This document shows positions 1 through 12,039 of a DNA stretch of 64,000 nt, piece by piece. How positions within the stretch are numbered: the stretch's first letter is position 1; each line of letters opens with the position of its first letter. Location of the stretch: assembly GCF_009914755.1 (NCBI RefSeq), contig NC_060926.1; one strand, 5' to 3'. The notes under the pieces were generated by a model. That model made no database searches. It had not been told where the DNA came from and saw only the letters and a list, made by a program, of their open reading frames with translations. The position numbers and the translations under genes are program-made. This stretch comes from the human T2T-CHM13v2.0 reference genome, Homo sapiens.

Positions 1-739
1 ACTTATATGCTTGATATTCACTATTTTGGATATGTCCTTTTAAAACCCCACACATCAGTAATTATTACCATTGTATATGTATTTATATGTTACATATATA
101 CTATATATATAATTTAATTCAGACAAGATTTATTAATATCAATGATTTTCATCCTAGATTGCGCTTACCTGGGAAGCTTTTAACAAATATTGATGTTTGA
201 GATCCACCCAGGCTGTTTAAATCAGAATCATACTCAGGTGATTGTATCTAATAGGCAGGAATGGTTCGCAATCAACTGTTTAAATACCTCTACATGTTTG
301 CCAATTTCTTTGTTCACTATTTCTTTTTGCTTCTCAGATATTCCTTCTGAAAAATATTTTTCTGTTTCCTGCAATACCTCTTTCATAAGTTTTTAAATGA
401 AGTTCTATTGTGGCAAATTCTGCTTCTGCTTGTATAAAATGCATTTATTGTGCCCTAATTTCTGAAAGACAGTATTGATGGGGACACTATTTTTGGTTGA
501 CAATTTTTTTTTCTGTCTTAGCTCTTTGGAGATATTTTTGTGCTGAGTATTGTTTTCCATTGTTGCTGTGAGAAGTCTTCTGACGTCTAAATTTCCCACA
601 TTTTTAGTTTAGTTTAGTGTCTTCTCTCTGGCTGATTTTATCTTGGAGTTCTAGATTTTCAATACAATGTATCTCATTTATGTATGCTTTAAATTTGTCT
701 TTCTTGTGTTTCCTTTGTCTATCAATGTTGTTTGCTGAT

Positions 740-783
740 TGTGTTAGTCAGGGTTCTCCAGAGGGACAGAACTAATAAGATAT
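740..783 (-). mobile_element. MLT2A-type (HERV-L) LTR 3' terminus, about 44 bp
   Basis: TGTGTTAGTCAGGGTTCTCCAGAGGGACAGAACTAATAAGATAT matches the reverse complement of the MLT2A end (...CTATTAGTTCTGTCCCTCTAGAGAACCCTGACTAATACA). Confidence 0.75.
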
Positions 784-788
784 CAGAT

Positions 789-1083
789 GGAGATAATTGA
801 ATCATCATGGGAGCAGTTTCCCTAATCCTGTTCTCCTGACAGTGAGCTAGTTCTCATAAGAACTGATGGTTTTATAAGGGGTTTCCCCCTTCACTGGGCA
901 CTCATTCTTCTCCTTTCTGCTGCCATGTGAAGAAGGACGTGTTTGCTTCGCCTTTCATCATGATTGTAAGTTTCCTGAGGCCTCCCCAGCCATGCTGATG
1001 CATGAGTCAATTAAGCCTCTTTCCTTTATAAATTATGCAGTCTTGCGTATGTCTTTATAGCAGCGTGAGAACAGACTAATACA
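789..1083 (+). mobile_element. THE1C/THE1D MaLR LTR lacking its 5' end
   Basis: GGAGATAATTGAATCAT...GATTGTAAGTTTCCTGAGGCCTCCCCAGCCATG...GCAGCGTGAGAACAGACTAATACA is typical THE1 sequence; the TGATATGG start is absent. Confidence 0.9.
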
Positions 1084-2414
1084 CTAATCAGTCCTGGAAA
1101 ATTCTTAGTTATTATCTCTTCAAAGACTGAATCTCTTCCATTCTCTCCATCTTCTCCTTTCAGAAATTCTATTGAATGTATATTATATATTCTCATTATG
1201 TCTTCATATTCCTTAACACACTTGCCTGCTTTCCTTGTCTCTTTGTGTTGCATTGTGAGTAATTTATTCATACATATCTTTCAGATAAATAATAATCTCT
1301 TCATCTGTGTCTAAAATACACTGAGTGTTTAACTTTGACGATTGTAGTTTTTATTTTTATTTGGATGTTTTTCAAATCTGCCTGGCCATCATATAGTCTC
1401 TTTGTGTTTTTTTGTTTTGTTTTGTTTTTTGTTTGAGAGGTCCAAATGAAGTAAACTGGATTTTTGCATGAAATATGGAAGTGTAATTTGGCTCTGCATT
1501 GGAACCTGTTTCTAGAGTCTCCTTTTCTTTTAAGTACTTTAGATGTTTTCTGATTATTTTCACCACCCCACAGTTTTTACATATCTCAAACAAAAAGAAA
1601 GGCATGACAATCTGTGAATTATGATGAGCATTAACAATAATCCCTTGGCAAAAATAAAATTCCAGAGTTTATCCTATCCATCTTGTGCTTTGATACAGAG
1701 TAGGTGTTATTAGTCAAGTGTTACCAGACAAGTGTTACCAGACAAGTGTTATGTACTCCTGATGTCATTTATCTACAAAATTGTCCTTTAATTTGCCTAT
1801 AATTGCCCTTGGGCAAGCCTAAACCCCAGGACAGATTGAGTGCTCACAGCTTTTCACCCTGACCAATTAGGCACATTTACATGACTGCCCTACTCTGCAG
1901 CTCAGATCTTGTCCAGAAGCCCAAGAGAAACATTACTCAGTGTCAATCAGTAACCGGATCATGGTTCCAGAGGCTTAACTGACAAGTGATTTTTGCTGAT
2001 TGAACAAAATATTTTTCCATAACAACACCATGTTGACTCTATTACTAAGCAAATCTCCCACTCTGGATTTTTGAGTATCATTAGAATACGGGAATGTGGG
2101 TGTGCTGCTGGTGATAGGAATGGAAAAAGGAATTATTTTCTACATGTTCTACCTTTTTCCTCAGCCCTTTAAAATATTACTGTACTGATGTGGCTCTCAC
2201 CTGACTAAATCTCCCTTTTCTAGAGATGACGCATCCTCACTGTGTTGGACATAGGAGGCAAGTCCATACAATGACACCCACAGGTGATCACTGAGTGCCC
2301 CCTGACCAGGCTGTACTTTTCACCTAATGAGCAATCACCATACCTTATTTTTCTTTCTGATCCCATATAGCAGCTCTTCCAGGCATACAAACTAGTACAG
2401 TTGATTGAAGGTTC

Positions 2415-2585
2415 ACTCGGTGCAAAAGCACTCTTCATATACTATCTCAGTTAATGCTTACAAGACTCCTGTGAAATAGATAATATTAGTATTTCCATCC
2501 TATAGATGCAGCACTTGAGCATCGAAAGGGTTAAAATACTTGCCCAGGGTCACATGACTAGAAAGTTGCAGAGCCAGACTTGCCA
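2415..2585 (-). mobile_element. MIR SINE
   Basis: Core-like CCTATAGATGCAGCACTTGAG...GGTTAAAATACTTGCCCAGGGTCAC. Confidence 0.7.
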
Positions 2586-2816
2586 AAGACAGCTGCTGCC
2601 TTGTTTCATATCACCTAGCTTTACAGTAACACAACTCTATTATTTAAGATAATGATGTTAGTGTAGAGTGAGAATAAATAAGTAGTGGTCAAGTCTGGAA
2701 ATAGAAAGGCAGATGAATACATTTACTAGGGAATTTTCTTTTGATGTATAGTTGTGACTTGTTTCGTCTTCCTTTGTGTATTGAAGATAAAAGTGTCAAT
2801 TTTGTATTACTTAGAG

Positions 2817-3036
2817 CAGAGTTTCTCAAACCCAACACTATTGACATTTTGGATCAGACAATTCCTTGTTGTCTAGGGATGGGCTGTGCATTGTAGGATA
2901 TTGAGCAATATCTCTGGCTCTCCACACTAGATGCCAGTAGCATTTCACCAACCCCAGCTGTGGCATCAAAAATATCTCCAGACATTGCCAAATGTCCCCT
3001 GAGGGGACAAAATCATTACCACATTGAGAATCACTA
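2817..3036 (-). mobile_element. MER20 (hAT-Charlie) DNA transposon
   Basis: CAGAGTTTCTCAA...CTAGATGCCAGTAGC...CTCCAGACATTGCCAAATGTCCCCTG...TTGAGAATCACTA; degenerate terminal inverted repeats. Confidence 0.9.
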
Positions 3037-3492
3037 ATCTAGGGGATCTCTGAGAGCAAACAAAATAATTGCTCTGCCTTGAAAATTAGACACTGCTGGC
3101 ACTCAGTTGGGTGGCCCAAGTGAGAGACCCCAGGGAGCCTTCTTTAGTTGGAATGAGAGATTGTTCTGAACAAGAGCTGAGTCAGGACCCAGTGTGCCCA
3201 TGCCCTCTTCTTAGTAAGAAAAGGAAGATGTAGGAACTTAGGGCACAGCCAGAGATCACTGGTTTGTTTTCCAGATTCAACTTCAGGGAACTTAAAATAA
3301 GTGTTCTGGAACAAATGCTTAGTGATGTAGAAGGAGGAAATAACACCTCTCATTTACTGGAATATCAGATCACTTACATCACTTAATTCTTAAGATAATC
3401 CAATAAGTCAGGTAGAATTTATCATTTCCATTTTACAGAATCAAAAAGGAATGCCTAAGAAGTTGAAAGACTAGCTCTTGGTTAGAAAGTGA

Positions 3493-3750
<258 letters not shown>

Positions 3751-3834
3751 TGACTTAAATGTTTATGCTCTTTCCAATCCATCCCAGGATTTTAGAGAGA
3801 ATCTTCTAGAGATTACATGGAAACATTAATAGAA

Positions 3835-4135
3835 AACCTTCCTTTCATTCACTCTAGGCAGATGCTATGCTATCCACCAAGGACACAAACATAAAATCTA
3901 ATCCCAGCCTTAAAGAGCTCAGATTAGTGAAAGAAAAAGACATACATAAAATATTTATAATACAGCATGCTAAACACAGTGATAAGGACATCCATGTAGA
4001 TGGTACTATGGGAACATAGAAGAGGGAAACCCAATGCAGCCTTAGGAAAGTGATGGGGAGGGTTCTCAGGGAAGGCTTCATGGAAGAGGTGGTATGGGAA
4101 CAGAGTTCAAAGATGTCAGGATTTGTCCTAGGAAA
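3835..4135 (-). mobile_element. L2 relic
   Basis: L2 3'-region motifs, e.g. CAGGGAAGGCTTCATGGAAGAGGTGG. Confidence 0.65.
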
Positions 4136-4331
4136 TGACAAAAAATCTCACAATTTCCCACTGAAAATCAGCTGCTACAAATTGCAGTTTAGATATGACA
4201 ACAGAAAAGTACACCAAACATTTTCATTAAAAGGAAAGACAGTATGTTGAGGGGAGAGACCCCAGCCTTCTTTGCTGGCACAAGGTGTATCATTTCTCAG
4301 CAGGTGCTGAGCAGGAAGACTGACTGCCATT

Positions 4332-4810
4332 TGTATTAGTCAAGGTTCTCCATAGAAACAGAACAAAAGGAGGGATGGGAAAAGGTAGGGAGAGAGAGAT
4401 TTTAAGGAACTCCCCATGCAACTGTGCCAGTTGGCAAGTCTGAAATCTGTAGAATAAGTCAGCAGGCTGAACATGCAGGCAAGAGTTACATTACCTTCTT
4501 GACTCCGAATTCCACAGGGCAGGCCAGCAGGCGGGAAACTCAAGCAGAATTTCTACATTGCAGGCTTGAGGTAAAATTTTCTTCTTCCAGAAACCTCACT
4601 CTTTGTTCTTCAGGCCTTCAAAGGATTGGATGAGACTTACCCACATTAACCTGCATTATTTGAGTAAAGGAATCTGCTTTAGTCAAAGTCTACTGATTTA
4701 AATGTTAATCACACCCACAAATACATTCATAGCCACATCCACAGTGGGGTTTGACCAAACAACTAGGCATCATAACCTAACCAAGTTGACACATAAAATT
4801 AACCATGACA
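4332..4810 (-). mobile_element. MLT2D-like (ERVL) solo LTR
   Basis: TGTATTAGTCAAGGTTCTCC...AAGTTGACACATAAAATTAACCATGACA; perfect 5-bp TSD CCATT at 4327-4331 and 4811-4815. Confidence 0.9.
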
Positions 4811-6429
4811 CCATTGTTGTTCGCTCATTAATCTCTCCCAGAAAGAAATATAATTTTCCATCTGGAAACCTATTAGAACTGGGAAGTTAAAATCTCTACA
4901 GCCCAATGTGCTACAGGCTTCAGATCCCCTGGGAAAGTTGCAGCCTGGGGTGGGGAAGGAAACATATCAGCTAACATTCAGTTGAATATTTTAATACCAC
5001 TCTTAGAGTCATAAATCCCAATATGCCTTAGCCCTAAAGCAGATCCCTTAAAGAGACAGAGTAATTCTTAAGGTTTTGGTAATTCAAAATCTATTTTAAA
5101 TATACAAAAGGAGCTCTTTAATGGGCCCCAAGGTGAATCTTTTCATAAAATAATAAATTAAGTGGGGTTTTTTCCAGTTCGAGGAAACACTCATGTATTT
5201 CTAACATCCTACACTAAAATGCCTTGACTTGAATAGCTGTGCATGTGCATGGACATGCATTTATTCATTTCTGTTTTTTCTTAACAGACAAAGAGATGGA
5301 ATAATTTTATTCAGGTCTGATACACCAGTGTATGCCTGAGCATGTATATGTATATATAACCAGTAACATCTCAGTTATTGGTATGACGGGAAACATTTCT
5401 TTCCATGAACATAATTTGTTGGTTATATCAAGACAATCATTCCCACATTTAAATAGTGAAATTGTCCAGGAAAGAAGACTCCATGGTACACAACAGATTC
5501 TTAACCAGAAATCTTTAATTTAATAACCAGTTAATTTGTTGTAGAATCCACATGCTTTGACAAGGAGTCCATACAAATAAACCTCTGACAAATCTAAGCT
5601 GAATTAATCAGCAGGAAGAAAAGAAAATGCTTTCCTGTAAACTTCGCCCTGATGAAAAAGAGAGGGTGTCAGAAGTCCATGACAAAACCCAGGCACATCC
5701 AAAATAAGTTTGATTATAAAAGCAAGAACTCCTTTCTGGTTTTGTACGATGACTGGGGGAGGGTTGGCAAGAACAGGATAAATTATTCAGGTTTAAGAGA
5801 CAGTGATAAAAATGTAAATGCAATCCTGTCACGGAATCTTTGCACCAGCTGAATAAATTCAAACTAGAAGCTGAATCAGCATCTCGCCTCTGATTAAAAC
5901 CAATTGAAAGCACAAAGACAGGAAGAAGAAAACCTCATAAGTTCTTTGGAAATGGCAGATAAATTGATCAAGCATAACTGCAACATTAAGATGAAACAGT
6001 TTTACTAATATTGACCACAGGCCAAGGGGCCCTGCCAGCTCTCTTCAAATGGTAGCACTTGTAATCAAAGAACTAGGTCTTATTTAAGCTCAAAAGTGAT
6101 TATTACTTCATTAATTATGGTCATGCCCCTATTCTTTCATTGTGACCACATTTCATCTTTTCCCAAAAGCAGTCCATTAGCCTCATTTCATCTTTAATGG
6201 GTAATATGTTCCTTTCTGAGCATGCTTTCTGTGTGCATAGATTCAAGCTGCTGAACAACAGCTCTACATCCCAAGCCGGTGCCCAACATTGGCCCTATAC
6301 TTGCTTGACACTATGGTCAGAGAGCACAACAAAATAAAAAAAATTTTTTTTCATATCTATTCGAGACAGATCAAGAGATAACATACAAACATGAACAAAT
6401 GTATTTTTCTTCAACAGCTCAGGGATTAA

Positions 6430-6625
6430 AAGCTGGGGCTCGGTATCCAGGCTCCCTGGGTTCAAAGACAGGCATGCACCTCACAAGAAGTCAGGGGCTG
6501 GGCAGCCTTTCTTCTCTCTAACACAGGGATAACAACAGGGTTTGTGGCAAGGATTTAATTAATGGAAAGAGCCTGGGATGTGTCTGGCACATAATAAGTG
6601 CTCAATAAATGTTAGTTCTTATTAA
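6430..6625 (+). mobile_element. MIR SINE
   Basis: Ends with TCTGGCACATAATAAGTGCTCAATAAATGTTAG, the MIR 3' end. Confidence 0.7.
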
Positions 6626-6653
6626 CATTGTGTTTACATTAAACATATGCCAC

Positions 6654-7276
6654 TGTCACCGGTAGAGGGTTGTGACTTCAACTTGTCCAGGTTCTTGGCA
6701 TTTTAAACAAAGAACTGGACAAAATGCCCAGCAAAGCAAAGAAAGAATGAAGCAACAAAAGAACGAAAGCAGGGATTTATCGAAAACGAAAGTACACTCC
6801 ACAGTGTGGAAGCGGACCCATGCAGTGGCTCAAGGGCCCAGACACAGAAATCTTCTTGGGTCCAAATACCCCCTAGAAGTTTCCCATTGGCCACTTCATG
6901 CTCACCTGAAGTAAATGAAGCGGTAGCCGGCAATCACTCTGATTGGCTGCAGAAAGCAGCCAACCAGAGACTGAAATGAAGTTACAAAGGTCACACTCCT
7001 GTGCAAACATCCGATTGGTTGCAAAAAACAACCAATCAGAGGCTAAGGTGAAGTTACAAAGTTATATTTCTATGCGAAAAAAGACTAGACCTGCAATCAG
7101 TCTGATTTGTGGTGGACAGCCAATTTCTCATCTGCCCGGCAGAAAAGGTCAAAGGGAGTAGCCTCTGGTCCTTTTGTTACTTAGGCGTGGAAAGTTAGGG
7201 TTTTCAAGTTAGTTCTAGGAAGTCAGCGTGAAACAGCCTTAGGTTCCCTGCCTCCAGACACTGTTCTCCTGCCTCA
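6654..7276 (-). mobile_element. MER51-family (ERV1) solo LTR
   Basis: Minus strand begins TGAGGCAGGAGAACAGTGTCTGGAGGCAGGGAACCTAAGGC and ends ...GGTGACA; 4-bp TSD CCAC (6650-6653) / TCAC (7277-7280); several CCAAT boxes. Confidence 0.85.
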
Positions 7277-7839
7277 TCACCCACTTAGGAGTTAGACAAT
7301 TCGGTTGAGTGCTTAAGGAAAAAGTCACCAGGCAGTCCATCCAGCCACCCCTGCGCATCTACTCAACAGCGCGGCCTGGTGTGTCCACTTATACGCACAC
7401 ACAGAATGCCATAAGAAGTGGACTGCTGTGCACAGTCTCTCCCGATTTGGCTATAAGCCCTTAGGATTCATTTCAACGTCATAGTGTAGTGAAAATTATA
7501 GAATTCTATCAATATCAGGTAATAAAGTTGCTTAATGAGCCTATTCACAAATATCCGCTGAGTAGTCCCCATATGCCCAGAACTATGCCATGCATGAAAG
7601 GGCACAAAAGATCTGGAAAAGGCTGTAAAGCCTTCCAGATGTTAACAACTATTTAGGGAGAAAAAGGCTTATCCTGAATTACTAAAAGATTTAGCTAGTA
7701 TGTGAATTATGTCATTATAGACAGTGATACAATAAAGCAACATAGCATAATGTGCTATTCACAGGTCTAGAACTTTCTGAAAAGGAGAATGAGAGGTGAG
7801 GAAGCTCTCGAGGGGCCCATGTGTTGGGGGTGGTGGATA

Positions 7840-7842
<3 letters not shown>

Positions 7843-7870
<28 letters not shown>
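7843..7870. repeat. (AC)14 microsatellite
   Basis: Direct reading. Confidence 0.95.
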
Positions 7871-7874
<4 letters not shown>

Positions 7875-8559
7875 CCTGTCCTGCCACCATTAGGTAAAGT
7901 TTCCTGCCACTCCTTGCACATCCGTCATTACCAAAGAGATATTAAACTAGACAACTGTAAAAAAATAACACCTTCAGTGGCAAAACTGCCTTATGCAGAG
8001 ATGTGGATGATTTGTTACCTACTTCATCGTTGCATGTGGCTCAGGGGAGTTTTCTCAGCGATTAGCAGGGGCACTGGCAGAAGACAATAGGCCTAGGAAC
8101 TTCCCTGGCTGCCCTCACCATTGCACCAACCCCAAACCCCCCTGAGGACATCTTGCAGACCAGTAACCTGCTAACTCTCATTCCTCTCATTCCTTTCTTG
8201 CTGTTTTTCCTGGCTAGCTCCAGAGCCAGCAGAAGAAGGTCAACGTCACTCTTAAACTATGTCAAACAGTGTTGTAGTTCAGGAGTGGAGGTGAACTGTT
8301 TACACATGGTCTTTGTTTCCTCTAGCCAGGATTTCATTGCTGATCCTGCCCTCCAAGGTCATACCAGAGGGCACAGAATGGGCCTCCCAGCCTACATGCT
8401 GCTGTGACTGTCTGTCTGAGGGAAGGATCAGATTTAGGCCTGGACATGTTGCTTTTGTTGTTGTTGTTATTGTTGTTTAAACCAATTTATTGGCAAGTCA
8501 GTGACATAAGGGCTTCAGGGAAGTTCCTACATATCTTCCTCCTCCATCACTCCTCAGCA

Positions 8560-8650
8560 GTCCTCTTTGCCTCTTCAATCAGCTTGTCCTCTTTGCCTCT
8601 TCAGTCAGCTTGTCCTCTTTGCCTCTTTAATCAGCTTGTCCTCTTTGCCT
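8560..8650. repeat. 26-bp minisatellite, 3.5 copies
   Basis: Unit GTCCTCTTTGCCTCTTCAATCAGCTT starts at 8560, 8586, 8612 and 8638 (partial); one substitution in each of copies 2 and 3. Confidence 0.95.
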
Positions 8651-8834
8651 AAACATTTCTGCTTTAGAAGGGCAAACTGTCCAGCTGATTCTTGAGCCAC
8701 AGTTTTCAATTACAATGTGTGATGGGGTGCTTCCTTCTTTTGTGTGAAATTCCTATTGTGAGTGACCTCCCCTTTGAATGAATTAGGTCACAAACTGTAA
8801 TGGCCCTTTTTTTTCTGGTACTGCAAGCCCATTT

Positions 8835-9121
8835 ATTTTTATTTTAAGAGACAGGGACTTGCTCTGTTACCCAGGCTGGAATTCAGTGATGTGATCATAG
8901 CTCACTGCAGCCTCCAACTCCTGGGCTCAATCAATCCTCCTTTCTCAGGCTCCCAAGTATATAAAACTACAGGTGTGTGGGTATTTTTTTAAAAAATTAT
9001 TTGTAGAGACAGGGTCTTGCTATGTTGCCCAGGTGGGTCTCAAACTCCTGGCCTCAAGAGATCTTCTCACCTCAGCCTCCCAAAGTGCCAGGATTACAGA
9101 CATGAGACACCGTGCCCCGCC
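8835..9121 (-). mobile_element. AluJ
   Basis: J-type GATCATAGCTCACTGCAGCCTC...CTGGGCTCAA; TSD CTG(C/A)AAGCCCATTT at 8821-8834 and 9122-9135. Confidence 0.92.
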
Positions 9122-9274
9122 CTGAAAGCCCATTTTGAACCCAAGGCACTGTGTTGGAAATTGGATGAAGATTTTTAAAAAATAAGTCACATGTAGTTCT
9201 TGCTTTCATATTGATAACAATTTAGTATTGCTATGAAGTTGAGCAGGAAGTGAAGGCAAAAATATTGATATTCT

Positions 9275-9704
9275 TGTCAAGCACATCCATGTGAAGAGAC
9301 CACCAACAGGCTTTGTGTGAGCAACAAGGCTGTTTATTTCACTCGGGTGCAAGTGGGCTGAGTCCGAAAAGAGAGTCCGTGAAGGAGTGGGGAAGGGATT
9401 GCTTTATAGGAGTTGGGTGGGTAATGGAAAATTACAGTAAAAGGTGGTTATCTATTGCTGGCGGAGGAGGGGGGTCACAAGGCACATGGTGCGGAGATCA
9501 TAAAAGACTCATTGTCCAGAAGAAGAATGTCATGAGGTCGATCGATTGATCAGTTGGGGCAGGGCAGGAACAAGTCATAATGGAATGTCTTAAGGTTGGT
9601 CAATCAGTTAAGACAGGAGCTGGCTGTTTCACTTCTTTTGTTGTTTTCGATTGCCTCAGGCCATTTGGATGCATACGTGCAGGCTTGGGCTCAGAGGCCT
9701 GACA
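9275..9704 (-). mobile_element. HERV-H solo LTR, LTR7 family (LTR7C-like)
   Basis: Minus strand starts TGTCAGGCCTCTGAGCCCAAGCCTGCACGTATGCATCCAAATGGCCTGAGGC, has AATAAA (plus-strand TTTATT 9333-9338), ends ...CTCTTCACATGGATGTGCTTGACA; perfect TSD ATTCT at 9270-9274 and 9705-9709. Confidence 0.92.
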
Positions 9705-10454
9705 ATTCTAATATAAGGCGGAAGCCCAGATGAATAATACAGGAAAAGTTCTGGAAAGTTGTAGGCACAGGGAATAGCAGGAGCTAAATATTGAGGATGG
9801 AGAGGCCAGGTTGTTTGCAGGCCAGTGAGCAGATCATCTGGTGGAATTGTATGGTCACAGGCCATCCAAAAGCCCTTTCTGAGATGAAGCAGAGAACTTC
9901 AGAGAACAGCTGCCAACTGTCTTGCTCTTAGAACTTCAAAACTTGCCCTCTCTTGCATACCACATCCAATTTGGAGCCTACTTCCTATTAGTTTATTGAA
10001 ATGCAAAATGCATACTAAAACCCTTAGCAGTAGTCTCAGACATTGAGCCCTTGTGGTTTTTAAAATCAGAGAATCATTACTTGGGAGTGGGAGATGCATG
10101 AACTATTTGCTCCTGGAAAGTGACATACTGAGGTTACTTGGCAGATGAGTCTCACACAGAATAGCCTGCTTGCTTTTGCCAATTTGTTAATATTAAAAAC
10201 TGGAAAACTATGTAACTACTAAAAATATCAAGTAGAATAGGCTCCTTTAAAAACCTAGGAGCACTGGACTCTTCAAACAAAGGCCAAATAATTGTTTGTA
10301 AAAAGAATCCTGTGAAAGAGACACTGTGCTAGGTGGGCAAGTGGATCACCCTCCCATGTTTCAAATCATGCTGTGGCCCAGAAAACTATATTCCATAATA
10401 TGAATGACAGGAATGAAGAGAAGAAGCAAGGCAAGAAAGGGAAGAGGTGAATAG

Positions 10455-10916
<462 letters not shown>

Positions 10917-11633
10917 TGAATCTCTTAAGTGAGCTCTTTAGCTTAGGGACAAAAGTATATACATTTTCATTTTGATCATGAATGTTATGAGAGATTAAAT
11001 TGGACTACCTACCTGGTTAGAAGGAGGAGGTTGGGGTCAGGTTTGGGATGAGTGTATATCACCAGTGATTTCCAAATACTACAACATAGTGATCCCTTGC
11101 TGGGGCTCTGGGTTGCAGTGTCTGGTATCATTACTCCACCCTGCATTTAAGCATGGGCTTGGAACCATGTGGAGGGAACAAAAGATCTGGAAGGATTCTG
11201 CCTTTTTACACCAAATGGCTTTGTGATCTTTCCCTTTGTAATGAAAACCAAACCAGTCAGATTAAAACTATCAGCCCATTGAATGAGATAATCTATGTGA
11301 AGTAAACAGAAGTCACTGTGTCCTAGCAAGGTATCATTATGCAAATGGAGGTATAATGCAAGGTTCCTAACACCAGTGGTCTGAATGTGCTCCAGGGTCT
11401 CTGTCATCTTTAAACACATGTTCCCTTACATGTGGATATGTAGGGTAGATACAAACTGAGAATGGAAAATTTCCCAGACCCTAAGATCTAGGCAAGTACA
11501 GTGTGGTCAGTGGAAATTAGATGTAGATGCAAGAGTGAAAAATAAAAGATTCTGAATTCTGCTTTACAGAATTTGGAGCTGTTCTGGGGCTTTCACTGAA
11601 AGGAGAGAGGTGGCTGGGTTGTAATTCCTAGCA

Positions 11634-12039
11634 TGCATCATTCAGTACGAGGGAGGTTGTGCTTCGGTGACAGTCCTGTCCTCCCAAATATCAGTGGCCT
11701 AAAACAAAGATTTATTTCTCACTTGTACTATACATCCCTTGTGGCTTGGCTGTAGGTTTTGTGCTGTATCACCCTCACTGAAGGATCTAGCCCAATGAGG
11801 CAGTCCCTGCCTGGTCATTATCGGCAAAAGGAAAGGGATCTTTGAATGGTTTTGTACCAGCAATTTAATATGATAGTATGGTAGTAACACGCATCACTTT
11901 TACTCACAACTCATTGGCCAACACTAGTTATCTGGTACCAGCTCAGTCTGAAGAAGGCGAGCAAGAAATGCAGTCCCACTGTGAACCCAGAAGGCAGAAA
12001 GCCAGAAATATCTAATCAACTGCATTCATAACAACCACA
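11634..12039 (-). mobile_element. Old MaLR LTR (MLT1I/J-like)
   Basis: CAAATATCAGTGGCCTAAAACAAAGATTTATTTCTCAC...CATCACTTTTACTCACAACTCATTGGCCA; boundaries approximate. Confidence 0.7.

Larger units (their letters stand above)
330..1400 (-). mobile_element. Ancient L1M (L1ME-like) ORF1-region relic, interrupted at 740-1083 by an LTR insertion
   Basis: Minus ORFs 1026-1271 (NIHSIEFLKGEDGENGRDSVFEEIITKNFPGL) and 405-599 (TATMENNTQHKNISKEL) resemble degraded L1 ORF1p segments (NIRIIGVPEGEE..IF.EII.ENFPNL; TATMEARRQW.NIFKVL). Boundaries approximate. Confidence 0.75.

Noticed and set aside
1715-1751. 14-bp tandem repeat CAAGTGTTACCAGA x2.6 (also a 21-bp duplication near 61144-61180)
   Set aside because: Real but ordinary slippage duplications with no sign of function.
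5240-5260. Three CATG cores as a p53 response element
   Set aside because: Cores are 6 bp apart rather than 10, and the flanks fit RRRCWWGYYY poorly.
8560-8650. Tandem repeat as a CRISPR-like array
   Set aside because: Head-to-tail copies with no spacers, no cas genes, eukaryotic context.
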